Source of the DNA: Octopus bimaculoides
Taxonomy: Eukaryota
Assembly: GCF_001194135.2 (NCBI RefSeq)
Contig: NC_068985.1
Span: forward strand, 47,296,346-47,360,345
Length of the DNA: 64,000 nucleotides
Reading direction: 5' to 3'
In this document: piece after piece, positions 13,311 to 26,272 of the stretch
How the letters are laid out: each line of letters begins with the position of its first letter
Numbering within the stretch: the stretch's first letter is position 1
Program-made: the position numbers and the translations under genes
Notes under the pieces: model-generated
Told to the model about the DNA's origin: nothing
The model's database searches: none
What the model saw: only the letters and a program-made list of their open reading frames with translations

Positions 13311-13651
13311 TGTGTTAAATAACAGTTGATTTTAACTCATACTTCACTAGTTAGTTGTAAATGCAGCAAACACGTGTAGAGTTTACATGCTGCTTGACCA
13401 AAATCGCTGGCTACCTTTGATGGCGTTTACGCTGTTACAAGCAAGCGGTCCAAATTTTCATCCAGAATATAAACTATGAGTCGTGTGTCATGACCAACTT
13501 CATAGAAATGACAAACAATTCTGAACGTTTCCTTTATTTATCTGATTCTATCTCAAACATCAATTTATTTACTGGTAGTTGAAGAGCTCATGTTTTCATT
13601 TACTGATCTCTGAGAATCTACTGAGAAATGCCAATGCTTCCAGTAAATAAA

Positions 13652-13861
13652 TAATGATTTCAAATTTTGACACAAGGCCAGCAATTTCAGACAAGAGGTA
13701 AGTCAATTACAACGAACCCAGTGTTCAAATAATACATACTTTGTCGATCCGGACACGATGAAAGACAATGACGACCACGGCCAAATTTGAACTCAGAACA
13801 GACAAAATGTCACGAAATATTTTGCCCTGCAATATAACGATTCTGCCATCTCGTCGCCTTA
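13652..13861 (-). mobile_element. SINE group A
   Basis: TTTCAAATTTTGACACAAGGCCAGCAATTTC tail; AAATTTGAACTCAGAAC; AACGATTCTGCCATCTCGTCGCC head. Confidence 0.8.
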
Positions 13862-14261
13862 TTAGTACTGACTATTGGAAACCCGAATAATTTGGGTAGC
13901 TGAAATTTTCTGAGATTGATATCTTCTTACGTGCTAACATTACAAATGAAACCGAAAATATGACTAGATGTTATGCAATTTGAATATTATATATTGAAGA
14001 TATTTACTGAGTGACAAGATACGTAGACCTTTTCACATATACATAAACTGACTAAAAGACCGAAGTATTAACGTGTAACCCTGGCATCGTATATATCCAT
14101 AAGAATGTGAAATGACAAGACATATTTGTTATAAGTAGGCCTTATTTTAGCAGCATATGTCTTTGCGATAGAAATGTATGAGATATTTCTAGACTGCCAG
14201 TAGCTAAACGGCTTCCCAAACTTCTTAAATACAAGCAGTAATAATAATGATAATGTTGAAT

Positions 14262-14262
<1 letters not shown>

Positions 14263-14320
<58 letters not shown>
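14263..14320. repeat. (GAT)n microsatellite
   Basis: Direct inspection. Confidence 0.95.
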
Positions 14321-14949
14321 CGTTTCTAGCTTAACAAAAATATTAATATACATAAGAACAGTCTAGGATTTAGAAATATGTCTGAGACGTAGAGCATAGC
14401 ACTGCGAGGCATTGTGCACTTGTTGCGTAAGGTAATTTCAGTACGTTAAAATGAACGAAGCCAAAACAAAACACTGCACATATTCAAGGTAAACAAAACT
14501 GCGTTCGGTAATGCAGTAAAAGAAAGAATTAAACATAAAACAATTTGATGATGATGATGATGATGATGCACTTGAAACTTTGTTGTTAGATAAAGATTGA
14601 TATCACATTTTATGTTTGAATTATCATTAATGCATAGCAAAAGTGTACAGATATTCACTAATAGAAATGCTTTATTATTTTTCACATTCTCAAATACAGT
14701 GAATCATTTTCTTAAAGCTGACACTAATTATTTAAATGCTGAAATAAACAACATTTACTATTTAGTTTCTCTTTTTATTATCACTGAACGTTTCTTTTTT
14801 TTTTTTAAGATACTGAGAGGGGAAGGGCCAGTGTGTGATAACATTTGCAGATTAACCTAGACTAATGAAAAATCTGTAGTTGTAGTTCAGTTTGAAGTTT
14901 TGTTGCTCAATGTTCGTAAAATATAATTGGCTGGCAGATGGTATCAAAT

Positions 14950-15181
14950 GGCGGCGAGCTGGCAGAAACGTTAGCACGCCGCGCGAAATGCTTAGCGGTA
15001 TTTCGTCTGCCGTTACGTTCTGAGTTCAAATTCTGCCGAGGTCGACTTGCCTTTCATCTTTTAAGGGTCGATTAAATAAGTACCAGTTACGTACTGAGGT
15101 CGATGTAAATGACTTAATTCCTTTGTCTGTCGTTGTTTGTCCTCTCTATGTTTAGTCCCTTGTGGGCAATAAAGAAATAAG
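14950..15181 (+). mobile_element. Young full-length SINE group A with target-site duplication
   Basis: Clean head GGCGGCGAGCTGGCAGAAACGTTAGCACGCC; distinct tail CCCTTGTGGGCAATAAAGAAATAAG; direct repeat GGTATCAAATGG at 14940-14951 and 15184-15195. Confidence 0.92.
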
Positions 15182-15484
15182 ACGGTATCAAATGGTTGCA
15201 GCTCCGGGAATAATGACTTGGAGAAAATTTTTAGTTAGGTCATGATAAATAGGTGGGGAGTTCACTGGAGCTGAGGCTATTTTAACAGCTTATAACAAAG
15301 TTGTAGGGAGTAAAATGCGGTGTCTATCAAATTAATTGTTGATAGATTGCTGAAGTGTATTGTTCACTTAGTCTCTGTTGAGAAGCCTAATCACTGCCTT
15401 CTATACGCGATCTTAAATGTTTGAGTCAGCTAATATGGATCTCATTTGTGCTTTTCAACTAGAATTTCTTGTCACTAAATAAGA

Positions 15485-15714
15485 ATTCTTTTACTCCTTT
15501 ATTCTTTTACTTGTTTCAGTCATTTGACTACGGCCATGCTGGAGCACCACCTTAAGAGGTTTTATAGTTGAGCATATCGACTCCAAGGTTTATTCTTTGT
15601 AAGGCTAGTACGTATTCTATTGGGTCTCCTTTGCCGAACCGCTAGAATACGGGGACGTAAACATACCAACATCGGTTGTCAAGCGATGGTGGGGGGACAA
15701 ACACACACAAATGA

Positions 15715-15747
<33 letters not shown>

Positions 15748-15795
15748 NNNNNNNNNNTGTCAAGCGATGGTGGGGGGACAAACACACACAAATGA

Positions 15796-15852
<57 letters not shown>

Positions 15853-15950
15853 TTCGACAGAGTTCTTTCAACTTCTGTCTACCAAATCCATTCACAAGGC
15901 TTTCGTCGGCCCGAACCTATACGAGAAGACAGCAGCCATGCCTAGCACAG
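15485..15950 (-). mobile_element. tRNA-derived SINE, group C (internal CA microsatellite, spans a 10-N gap)
   Basis: Reverse complement of the group C tail (CTTTTACTTGTTTCAGTCATTTGACTACGGCCATGCTGGAGCACCACC) and body (GGGGACGTAAAC…GGTTGTCAAGCGATGGTGGGGGGACAAAC). Confidence 0.9.
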
Positions 15951-16209
15951 TTTTTTTTTTCAAAGCAGGTTTAGCAATGTTATATGTGTGGAGCCGTCAT
16001 GAGGCAGTAGTTTCGATGGTTTTGGTCATGTGTCGTTCATGTCGAGACAACGCGGGAGACAAGGAAAGCACAGTGATTGTTTCTTTGCTCTATTTGTAAA
16101 ATAAACTTGGCTGTCACGTATCCATTGAAAAATATCCTTTAGAACTATCTGTGTATTAGGCACAAGGTGTTTTGGATGAGTGATAATCAAATCAGTGTGT
16201 TGAAAGTTA

Positions 16210-16256
16210 CGCCATGCATTTTGCCCGGCGTGCTAACGATTTTGCCAGCTCACCAG
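16210..16256 (-). mobile_element. SINE group A 5' fragment
   Basis: GCATTTTGCCCGGCGTGCTAACGATTTTGCCAGCTCACC. Confidence 0.75.
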
Positions 16257-16419
16257 TCTAACGAATGATAAATATTGATTTCTGAAATTATTATATCTTG
16301 AGGTGTTCGTGGTTGGTACATTAATAAAATAACAATTAACAAATGCTGGATCTAGTTCCGGTCTGTCATATTCAGTCTAAAAAATAGATTGTTGCATAGT
16401 TACAGGCAATGATTAGAAA

Positions 16420-16585
16420 ATGATTAGCTTCATTTCGTTCAGCTTTTTACCCTTTACGTTCAAATTCCGCTGAGGTCGACTTTGATATTTATCCTTTTGG
16501 GTTGAGAAAATAAAGTACCTGCCGGGTATCGGAGTCAATGAGATTAAGTTGTCCACCGGTCCACTGAAATTATCATAAACTATCA
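16420..16585 (+). mobile_element. SINE group A, degraded
   Basis: GTTCAAATTCCGCTGAGGTCGACTTTGATATTTATCCTTTTGGG…AATAAAGTACC. Confidence 0.7.
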
Positions 16586-16967
16586 ATATATCAGATCCAC
16601 AAATCTTTGATCTAGTTTTCATGTCCGAATCAGTAATTTTTACGATTTCAAGACAAGTGGATTGGTGGAAATGGTTTGCATTATTTAGTTACACCCTTCA
16701 CATTGACTGTGACTCTCATCCTTCTAGATTCGCCAAAATAAAACCCGAAACAAGTACGATAATAGATTAAGCCATCAACGTCTTTTCCACTCAAACCTCT
16801 TCTGCATCTGAAGTCATGCCAGAAAACATTATCAGAATTTTTACGTTAGGAGATATTATTAACAGAAGGATTCTAAATTTCGTTTGCATCATTATATGGG
16901 TGCATGAAGCAGGAGAAAATACTAGAACTACTAATACTACTACTACTAATAGTAATAATAATAATGC

Positions 16968-17158
16968 GTTCTATTGTAGGCACATGACCAGAACTCTTGG
17001 TGTAGTCATTTACATCGACTGGTATTTGTATTGACTCTAGCAATTATGAAAAGTTGAGTTGATCTCAGTGATATTTGAACTCAGAATGTGAAGACGGATG
17101 AAACACTGCCAAGCATTTCACCCGGCATGCTGACGATTCTGCCAGCTCACCGCCTTAA
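16968..17158 (-). mobile_element. SINE group A
   Basis: TTTGAACTCAGAATGTGAAGACGGATGAAAC…GACGATTCTGCCAGCTCACCGCC. Confidence 0.8.
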
Positions 17159-17709
17159 TAATAAGGATAGTAATAACAACAATAGAACGAAAATGAAAAT
17201 AAAATAAGAAATACAAGTTAGTAAATGATGATAATTCTAAAAAGAAATATTCTGTATTCACGAAGAGGGAGCATCTGATCAATAAACAAATAATGAACTT
17301 TTAGTCAAAACAGTAAACTGTTTCGAATGAGTAAATTCTACATAGCTAAACATACAAAGCGTTAAGCATACAGAATCTCTTTAAAACGACGTATGAATAA
17401 TATGTTAGCTTCATTTGGGACAAATATTCACTCTTCAATCACCGTCAAAATACATGTATTGAACAGGAATAATGCAAAGTATCTCCAAAGATACTATTTT
17501 TCTTTCTTTTTGGACATTTTTTTTTTAATAATCTCACAACGATGTTTTTTGCTTCGTTATGAACGAAATCTGTTCTTAGCAAACAAACTCAGTTGCTTTA
17601 TACCCCGACTAATGGAAAATTTTATGTCAGGAAATGAAAAGGCGGCAAAACAATGGTTGGAAGCAACACAAAACCTTGTGCTGTGGTTAGAAATGCTCCT
17701 TCACATCCC

Positions 17710-17886
17710 GCTTCTTCTTCTTCTTCTTCTTCTTCTTCTTGCTGCTGTTGTTGGTGTTGTTGTTGTTGTTGTTGTTGTTGTTCTTCTTCTTCTTCTTCTT
17801 CTTCTTCTTCTTCTTCTTCTTCTTCTTCTTCTTCTTCTTCTTCTTCTTCTTCTTCTTCTTCTTCTTCTTCTTCTTCTTCTCCTTCT
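17710..17886. repeat. (CTT)n(GTT)n(CTT)n compound microsatellite
   Basis: Direct inspection; the source of the poly-L/S/F/K ORFs here. Confidence 0.95.
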
Positions 17887-18557
17887 TCATTCCTTTTTTA
17901 TATATACTACTCAATCATTCAAAATCACCGATCAACACTCATGCCGTTGGCAGAAAATTGGTGGGTTAAGAAGATGTTAAATGGCACTTACGAGGGGTTA
18001 CACTTGTGACGATGATTCTGATGATTGTGTAAGTAAAGGAGAGAGTAAAATGCAAAATTATTTGGTGATGAATTATTTGTTATGAATATTTGATAAGGAG
18101 AATCGTTGCAACGCCTCATTCCCTAATTGAAGCGAGCAACTTACATGGCCGCTCAAACTCAAGATCTTTAGCGAGGCATCACTTTATGCATGAATCCACT
18201 TGATGTGATCCAGACTGCAAGATTCATGCAACACAATTTGACGCACAGCATCTCATCCATAAAAGACAATCGCAGGATGAGTCGAAATGATCGTCGTACA
18301 AAATAAAGAGTTATACCAATCCCGACTTCTGTCTATTTAATCGATTATTAACTGACACTACGGAATTCCTGAAGTAGATCCAACGGAAATATACTCCAAC
18401 TGCGGATGACACCAGGTAGCCCAAACTATGCGACTGCTTTACTCAACATATCAGGATACTAATTGACATATACTCATTAGTCCAAAATCTTACACACACA
18501 ATCTTTTACTCGTTTATTTGTTTCATCATGTGACTGCGGCCATACTGGAGCAGAATG

Positions 18558-18775
18558 TGGAGGCGCGTGGCTTAGTGGTTAGGGTGTTGGATTCATGATC
18601 TTAAGATTGTAGTCTTGATTCCTGGACCGGGCGTCTTAAGCAGAACACTTAATTTCTCGTTGCTTCAGTTCGTTCAGCGACGGACCGGCGTCCTGTCCAG
18701 GTGAGGAATATATACGCCATGGAAACCGGGAAACCGGCCTTATGAGTCTACATGACTCGAGAACGAATTTACTTA
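18558..18775 (+). mobile_element. tRNA-derived SINE, group B
   Basis: A-box GTGGCTTAGTGGTTAGGG, B-box-like TTGATTCC; tail GACGGACCGGCGTCCTGTCCAGG…GAAACCGGGAAACCGGCC. Confidence 0.85.
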
Positions 18776-18934
18776 CATATATATGCATATATACATATAT
18801 AGACAAACAGACAGACGCACACACACACATACGTACATACATACACACATATATACATACATACGCACACACGCACGCACTGTATGGTTTATATATATAA
18901 TGGACTCTCCCGTCGCTAGACGACGTATCAGGAT

Positions 18935-19199
18935 TCGACAATTTCTTACCGAACAGCCATACAGGTGATTTGTTTATAGTGATGAAATGTTTGTGTACAC
19001 ATAAGCTCACTCCCTCCATCAGATCAACATTACCTGTACAGGTGCAACGGGTGCTACGTGTCAGGTTTCGAAATGATCGTAGAGCAACGTAAAATGAAGT
19101 GATTTACTCAAGAACACAACGCAACGCCAGGCGTAGGAATCGAACCCACGGTCTCGATATCGTGAGTGCAACACCTTAAATACTAAGCTATGTACCTTC
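18935..19199 (-). mobile_element. tRNA-derived SINE, group B (different tail)
   Basis: Reverse complement reads TAGCTTAGTATTTAAGGTGTTGCACTCACGAT…GGGTTCGATTCC…TTCTTGAGTAAATCACTTCATTTTACGTTGCTC…CACCTGTACAGGTAATG. Confidence 0.85.
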
Positions 19200-19616
19200 A
19201 CACACACATATATACACAGTAGCTAGTGAGGGATTATCAATCCTGGCAAATCTCTTTATAAGTTCTGTGTTACTACACCAGGCTAACAATATTCTTTACA
19301 TTAGTAAGGAATTCTGCGTGCTCCTGGTCGGTTTGCATGATGTGGCTGTAAAACCTGCTCTGTGTAAACATTCGACTTTTTGGGGCACGCTTACATAAAC
19401 CCAAATTCTAAGTGAACAAATATGAACCATCCTACTTCCATTGCGTGCGCACACGTACACATACACACAAACACACACAGACACATACACGTACACGCAC
19501 ACATTCACATAGCCCCCTTTTACATACACACACACATATATTCACATAGAGTTGAAACCCTGTTTGATTTATTTTTTTCAGCGGACAAGTTTCATCATCC
19601 CACTACCGAGCATGAC

Positions 19617-19695
19617 ATCACCCCCTTCCTTATTCATCTATCACCCCTTCCTTATTCATCTATCACCCCTTCCTTATTCATCAATCACTTCTTCC
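19617..19695. repeat. 22-bp minisatellite, about 3.5 copies (ATCACCCCTTCCTTATTCATCT)
   Basis: Direct inspection. Confidence 0.9.
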
Positions 19696-19921
19696 TTTCA
19701 CGTTCATAAACACAAGAGTATTATTATAGTAGATTATCTCAGTAACCATGTGAGCTATGAAAAATACAAAGCCCAGCATCATCACCGGATCATTGTACAC
19801 ATCTGTGTAATTTTTCGCGCAATTCCACCCAGCCGTTTGACCGTGAATCCCAAGACAAGAAAGAATCGCCTATGTCAAATTTATATACACACACCCACAC
19901 ACACACACACACATATATATA

Positions 19922-20600
19922 NNNNNNNNNNNNNNNNNNNNNNNNNNNNNNNNNNNNNNNNNNNNNNNNNNNNNNNNNNNNNNNNNNNNNNNNNNNNNNN
20001 NNNNNNNNNNNNNNNNNNNNNNNNNNNNNNNNNNNNNNNNNNNNNNNNNNNNNNNNNNNNNNNNNNNNNNNNNNNNNNNNNNNNNNNNNNNNNNNNNNNN
20101 NNNNNNNNNNNNNNNNNNNNNNNNNNNNNNNNNNNNNNNNNNNNNNNNNNNNNNNNNNNNNNNNNNNNNNNNNNNNNNNNNNNNNNNNNNNNNNNNNNNN
20201 NNNNNNNNNNNNNNNNNNNNNNNNNNNNNNNNNNNNNNNNNNNNNNNNNNNNNNNNNNNNNNNNNNNNNNNNNNNNNNNNNNNNNNNNNNNNNNNNNNNN
20301 NNNNNNNNNNNNNNNNNNNNNNNNNNNNNNNNNNNNNNNNNNNNNNNNNNNNNNNNNNNNNNNNNNNNNNNNNNNNNNNNNNNNNNNNNNNNNNNNNNNN
20401 NNNNNNNNNNNNNNNNNNNNNNNNNNNNNNNNNNNNNNNNNNNNNNNNNNNNNNNNNNNNNNNNNNNNNNNNNNNNNNNNNNNNNNNNNNNNNNNNNNNN
20501 NNNNNNNNNNNNNNNNNNNNNNNNNNNNNNNNNNNNNNNNNNNNNNNNNNNNNNNNNNNNNNNNNNNNNNNNNNNNNNNNNNNNNNNNNNNNNNNNNNNN
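19922..20600. other. Assembly gap (largest of many N runs), flanked by (TA)n
   Basis: N run. Confidence 1.
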
Positions 20601-20639
<39 letters not shown>

Positions 20640-21238
20640 ATATAGGTGTGTATGTGCATGTGTACACAGACAGACAGACAGGCAGATAGATAGATATGAA
20701 AACATACATCGATAAGCACAGACACAAATTTACACATTATGCTATATACATACGTTAATATACATACACATAGACACCAGCATATACACAAAAATATAGA
20801 TTGTGCTTGCATGTATATATGTGTGTGAGTGTGTATGTCTTTTATCGTTTCTTTTTTTTTCTGTTAATTTCCCATTACATAATCAATTTATCTGATACAT
20901 TTTCAACAGCAGCCTGCATATGCTGCGTGGAATGTTAGCTATTCTCCAAGATAAATGATATTACCTTTACGGCAAAGAACCTGAATAATTTGCAAAACAC
21001 ACAAAAGCGCTTATGAATGATTTCTTTTCAAATATGAAGAATAAAATGATAGGAAAAAAAAATTATGCAAAAATAAATAAACAAAAACTATCGCAGAAAA
21101 CAAAGTATATTTTAGTTACTTTGTTCTTATATGTAAAATTATTATACAGAAAATGCATTCCATCCATATTTTTTCATTGCTGGTAACATTAAACGAATAT
21201 GAAGTCATAAAGAAAGACTACAGAAGAATGAAACGTAT

Positions 21239-22509
21239 TGTTACGAACGCCCGCACACGAAGCACCTCCCTCAACACCGAAGGGGGGACCCGCGCACGCG
21301 CGAACGTTCATACGCTCAGTGAGCTAGCAAATTCGTCTGTCGGTACAATCCTGACCGATAATAAAGCCCCGGCTGGAGCACGTAACGAAGAACAACACAG
21401 GCAAATAGGACGGGGAGGAAGAAACAACACGAAGACCATGCGTTGGGTAACCTTTTCTTTTTACATACATAACATCACAGAATACATTTAAAACATTAGA
21501 ATAGAGCATTACATAATAACAATTCCAATACATGGCATAACAGTTCAATAACGTTGACAAAGTTTCCAAACAATTACAAGCTTTTCAATCATTTTTACNN
21601 NNNNNNNNNNNNNNAACGAAGTTTGTTTCCTTCAGGTCTGCTACTTCCACTGACCAAGGCAGTCTGCCACTACAATTCCGTCTCTCTCTGTCCCTCTCTC
21701 TCTCTCTGGGACTCTATGCGTTTCTGCTGACCATAGCTTTCTCTGTCAGACTTATAAATCCTTCTTTCTTCATCTCTGTACAACTGCTTCATCTCTATGT
21801 CCCTCTCTCTCTGGGACTCTATGCGTTTCTGCTGACCATAACTTTCTCTGTCAGACTTATAATTCTTCTTTCTTCATCTCTGTACAACTGCTTCATCTCT
21901 CTGTCCCTCTCTCTCCCTCTGGGACTCTATGCGTTTCTGCTGACCATAANNNNNNNNNNATCTCTGTACAACTGCTTCATCTCTATGTCCCTCTCTCTCT
22001 GGGACTCTATGCGTTTCTGCTGACCATAACTTTCTCTGTCAGACTTATAATTCTTCTTTCTTCATCTCTGTACAACTGCTTCATCTCCACGGGCAAACTG
22101 CTGTCCCCCAACTGCTTCGGACGACTGCTACAACCCAACTGCTTCTGCTGGCTGCCAGAACTCCACTGCCCAAATTCTCTGCTAATTCCTTGGCCGCCAA
22201 TTTCTGTCCTCCTAGTCATCACAAATACCATAGCTCATTGTGCTACTTTACCCCCCTGCCAAGATGGGTCGGTCGGTACATTCCTATCCTGCCGTTTTTG
22301 AACTTTCGCTGACCGGAAAGGGGCAGCTAGGCTAAAAATAGCTGTGGTTGCCGACAAGACAAAGGAAATACCATTCTCCCCAACTGACCAGAGTACGGGT
22401 TCAAAACCCAGCCCGGGAGATAGGGATATAATGCCAACTGTATTTTCGGTCGTCGCATCAGTATTCACTTCAAATATTTTCAGCTATTTTAGATTTTGTG
22501 CCACTAACA
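21239..22509 (-). mobile_element. Probable solo LTR (Gypsy-like) with internal tandem array
   Basis: Termini TGTTA…TAACA, 4-bp flanks GTAT (21235-21238) and GTAC (22510-22513), sharply higher GC than the flanks, no pol sequence. Orientation is inferred from composition only. Confidence 0.65.
21680..22087. repeat. 104-bp tandem repeat, at least 3.5 copies, interrupted by a 10-N gap
   Basis: Unit TCTATGTCCCTCTCTCTCTGGGACTCTATGCGTTTCTGCTGACCATAAC…TGTACAACTGCTTCATC; units start at 21794 and 21898. Confidence 0.95.
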
Positions 22510-23030
22510 GTACCTGCTAAACAGCGACGAAACTGCATATATAATGTGCGTGTGTGTGTGTGTGTGTGTGTGTTTGAAATCGAGGTGTGCAACATCGTGT
22601 AAACCGGATATGATGGAATCCGAAATAAGTCAATGTCTAATGAGTTCCCTCATGACAGAAACAATATACCGATCTAACTTTATAGACGAATAGCAAGTTT
22701 TAAGTGTGGTTATTTTAACAATACACTTGACAATAACGTCAACATTGAAATAACGGATGCTTCATCACATTTGCAATGTTATCCTGAATGCAATGAAAGA
22801 GTGACATCGTGACAAAATATCAACCGAATGTATCAAATAGTGAAATATTTAAATACCTAAGATGACACTGATTCTCTGACATTTATGGGAGTATTTTTAA
22901 AGATATATTGTGCAGCTGGCAAACTATGACGTTCTTGCTAAAGTTTTTATACAATACTATTCGTAGGAAGGATTGTCCTCATACACAAAACCACAGACCG
23001 CCACTCCCGCACATACATATGTGTGTATGT

Positions 23031-23070
<40 letters not shown>

Positions 23071-23522
23071 CTGTATGTGTCTGTGTATATACTTACACAT
23101 GCGCGTGCATATATATATATANNNNNNNNNNNNNNNNNNNNNNNNNNNNNNNNNNNNNNNNNNNNNNNNNNNNNNNNNNNNNNNNNNNNNNNNNNNNNNN
23201 NNNNNNNNNNNNNNNNNNNNNNNNNNNNNNNNNNNNNNNNNNNNNNNNNNNNNNNNNNNNNNNNNNNNNNNNNNNNNNNNNNNNNNNNNNNNNNNNNNNN
23301 NNNNNNNNNNNNNNNNNNNNNNNNNNNNNNNNNNNNNNNNNNNNNNNNNNNNNNNNNNNNNNNNNNNNNNNNNNNNNNNNNNNNNNNNNNNNNNNNNNNN
23401 NNNNNNNNNNNNNNNNNNNNNNNNNNNNNNNNNNNNNNNNNNNNNNNNNNNNNNNNNNNNNNNNNNNNNNNNNNNNNNNNNNNNNNNNNNNNNNNNNNNN
23501 NNNNNNNNNNNNNNNNNNNNNN

Positions 23523-23556
<34 letters not shown>

Positions 23557-24154
23557 TATACATACATGGCTGTTCTAATATCTGCATATATCATTGCAAA
23601 TCTTGTGTTGAGTTACTTCCATTCGTGTCAAAATAGGTGGCCCAGCTAAATGCACACGTACTGTTATCTAAATGCCCCACTTCAGTCCTTGGCTGAAGGC
23701 CAGAGAAAGGATGTAAATAAAAGCAAAAAGAGATGTATAAACGATGTTATGAATTAGGATACACAGAGAAAATACCAACAGAAATCAAAGCCAACTAAAT
23801 CAAAGAGACCGATTAAGCAATGCAAATGACTTTACATACTGATCTGTTGTTTATTAATCAACCCACTTATTGTTTACAGACTAGTGATTTTGTTTATATA
23901 GAAGGCGGTGGAATAGAAAGAACAGCATTGAGTTAGACTAATCGTCTTCTTATCACATATCTTCAAACTAAAACTCTCAACAAAGTCAGATTTATCTTTC
24001 ATCTATTGTGGATCGATAAAAGAAGAATTATTTATCACTACTCAATCATCTATGGCCGTCCATTATTAATTTGGAACTTCGTGTTTATGAAAGTAATTGG
24101 TAATGCGTATGTGAGCAGACACACACAGGCGAACACACATACATATTTATATAT

Positions 24155-24666
24155 GGCATGTCTGGTCATAATTACTGGGATCGTCTCGCGAAGCTCAAAC
24201 TGTATTCTCTCCAGCGCCGCCGAAAGCGCTTTATTATTTGTATAATGCAGAAATTGTTCCGACGGTATTGTCCAAATGATATCGGTATCAGTTTTAAAAT
24301 ACACCCAATGCTTGATTCTCGTGCCATGCGTCTTCTGCAGTAATCGTGCTCTCTGCACATCACAACACTAAGACAGAACTTCTTCTCCTCAACCGGACCT
24401 GCGCTTTTTAACATCATTCCAAAACATATAAAGGAGAAAAAAGATTTCATAACCTTCAAAAACTTCCTGGGTGAATACCTCCAACAAATTCCAGAGAAAC
24501 CACATACACCCGGATATACTGCTGCAAACAACAACTCTTTAATCGAATGACAATAGTACCTAAAAATAAACTACAGAAAAATACATTACTAATGTCTTTT
24601 CCAGGTGGTGCTATTAAGTTAGCTATGACCTGGGCCTATTTGGCCGAAACCTAACTAAGTATCTAA
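24155..24666 (+). mobile_element. CR1-group LINE 3' end
   Basis: Reads NYWDRLAKLKLYSLQRRRKRFII… then LRQNFFSSTGPALFNIIPKHIK…IPEKPHTPGY…NNNSLIE*. The 3' UTR motif GGTGGTGCTATTAAGTTAG is shared with the 34.3-34.6 kb copy. Confidence 0.85.
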
Positions 24667-25239
24667 TTGTATATATATAGTGAAGTAATATTCTGTTAAG
24701 AACTTTGTAGAGTACAGTATAAAGCACGTCCACCTTCAGATTTAACCCTGTGCTATCTAGTAGTAGAATTATACGTTTGCGTTTGGCCATCTGTCGTGTG
24801 AATAGATAATTGAAAAAAAATTGGAGTCATTAAGAAGGATTACTGTCGGACATGTATTTTTCAATCACTACACATGTTTCTACGCAACGTAGTTCTCCAG
24901 GCATGCAGGAACTTGATTATACAACGGTTTCCCTGCACTATGAATCCTAGCTGAGTTTCTTCAGAAGATCTGTGTATATTGTCTCTCTAGGTCAAACACA
25001 CGGCTTGAAGAATATCCTCTCCACCACACTGTCCTAGCCTGAACTTAGTAGTATCCACTGAGTTTATCAAGATGTGTTGTTGCTGAAGGACCGTTGGCCT
25101 GGAGAACTACGTTGCATAGATACAATTGTAGTGATTGAAAAATAAATGTCCAACCGTACTTCTTGTTGACTCCAAATGTGTTTAATTTTATATATANNNN
25201 NNNNNNATAAAACTTTTGTTTGTACTTTCTGCGCCATGA

Positions 25240-25642
25240 TAGAACGCTATCCACTATTCTTGTTGGCACTCCATTGCTTACGACGTCGAGGGTTCCAGTT
25301 GATCCGATCAACGGAACAGCCTGCTCGTGAAATTAACGTGCAAGTGGCTGAGCACTTCACAGACACATGTACCCTTAACGTAGTTCTCGTTGATATTCAG
25401 CGTCACCCAGTGTGACAAGGCTGGCCCTTTGAATTACAGGCACGACAGAAACAAGAAGAAAGAGTGAGAGAAAGTTGTGGTGAAAGAGTACAGCATGGTT
25501 CGCCACTCTCCCCTGCCGGTCTCTGGTGGAACTTTAGGTGTTTTCGCTCAATAAACACTCACAATACCCGGTTTGGGAATCGAAACCGCGATCCTTTGAC
25601 CGTGAGTCCACTGCCCTAACCACTGGGCCATTGCACCTCCAC
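25240..25642 (-). mobile_element. tRNA-derived SINE, group B (long-tail type), near full length
   Basis: Reverse complement reads TGGCCCAGTGGTTAGGGCAGTGGACTCACGG…GGTTTCGATTCCC; tail includes TTCAAAGGGCCAGCCTTGTCACACTG and GTTCCGTTGATCGGATCAACTGGAACCCTCGACGTCGTAAGC. Confidence 0.88.
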
Positions 25643-25940
25643 GTTTCTTTCTGTTTTCCTTTCTGTGGAAGAGTGTAAAATGGAAATGTTAAACAAACGG
25701 TGAGGGCTGTTGAGCCAAGACGATAGAAAAATTATTATGAACGCTAGGTAGACAAGCCATGAGAGGAGACAGAAAAAGGCACGTCTTTTCTTTAGGAAGG
25801 AAGTGGACAGAAAGAGAGATCCTCTTTCGTCACGTGTCAGCGACAAGAGAAACAAGGAGGAGGAGGAGTGATAGAGATAGGGAACGTGAACGGGAGAGAA
25901 TAATAAGGAAAGGGTGGGAGAGAAAAACAGAAAGGATGAA

Positions 25941-25979
<39 letters not shown>

Positions 25980-26088
25980 ACAGAGAAGAGATACTAGAAG
26001 AGTGTGCATCATGATTATTAAGATAAAACTTGCTTAGAAAAGGATGCGTAGCGTTTGATCATATAATAATATAAACAATAGATGACTA

Positions 26089-26118
26089 TAGGCATATGTT
26101 CATACATATATGTACATA

Positions 26119-26152
<34 letters not shown>

Positions 26153-26195
26153 TTTATATGTATATGTATATATATGTATATGTGTATGTATATAC

Positions 26196-26272
<77 letters not shown>

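Noticed and set aside
15677-15848. Apparent tandem duplication of TGTCAAGCGATGGTGGGGGGACAAAC…(CA)n
   Set aside because: The copies flank a 10-N gap; this is most simply unmerged contig overlap.
17393-18009. Long ORFs with poly-L/S/F/K; likewise poly-N/D/T/IY/HT/CV ORFs and N-spanning ORFs across the window
   Set aside because: Translations of microsatellites or assembly gaps.
19130-19199. tRNA-like sequences with A and B boxes here and at other SINE heads
   Set aside because: No intact acceptor stem or cloverleaf, and they continue into SINE bodies; not tRNA genes.
21680-22087. Regularly spaced repeats considered as a CRISPR-like array
   Set aside because: Units are contiguous and identical with no unique spacers; eukaryotic context with no cas genes.
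24610-24660. GGCC-TATTT-GGCC-GAAAC hairpin resembling half a hammerhead
   Set aside because: No CUGANGA upstream; explained as the CR1 3' UTR stem-loop.
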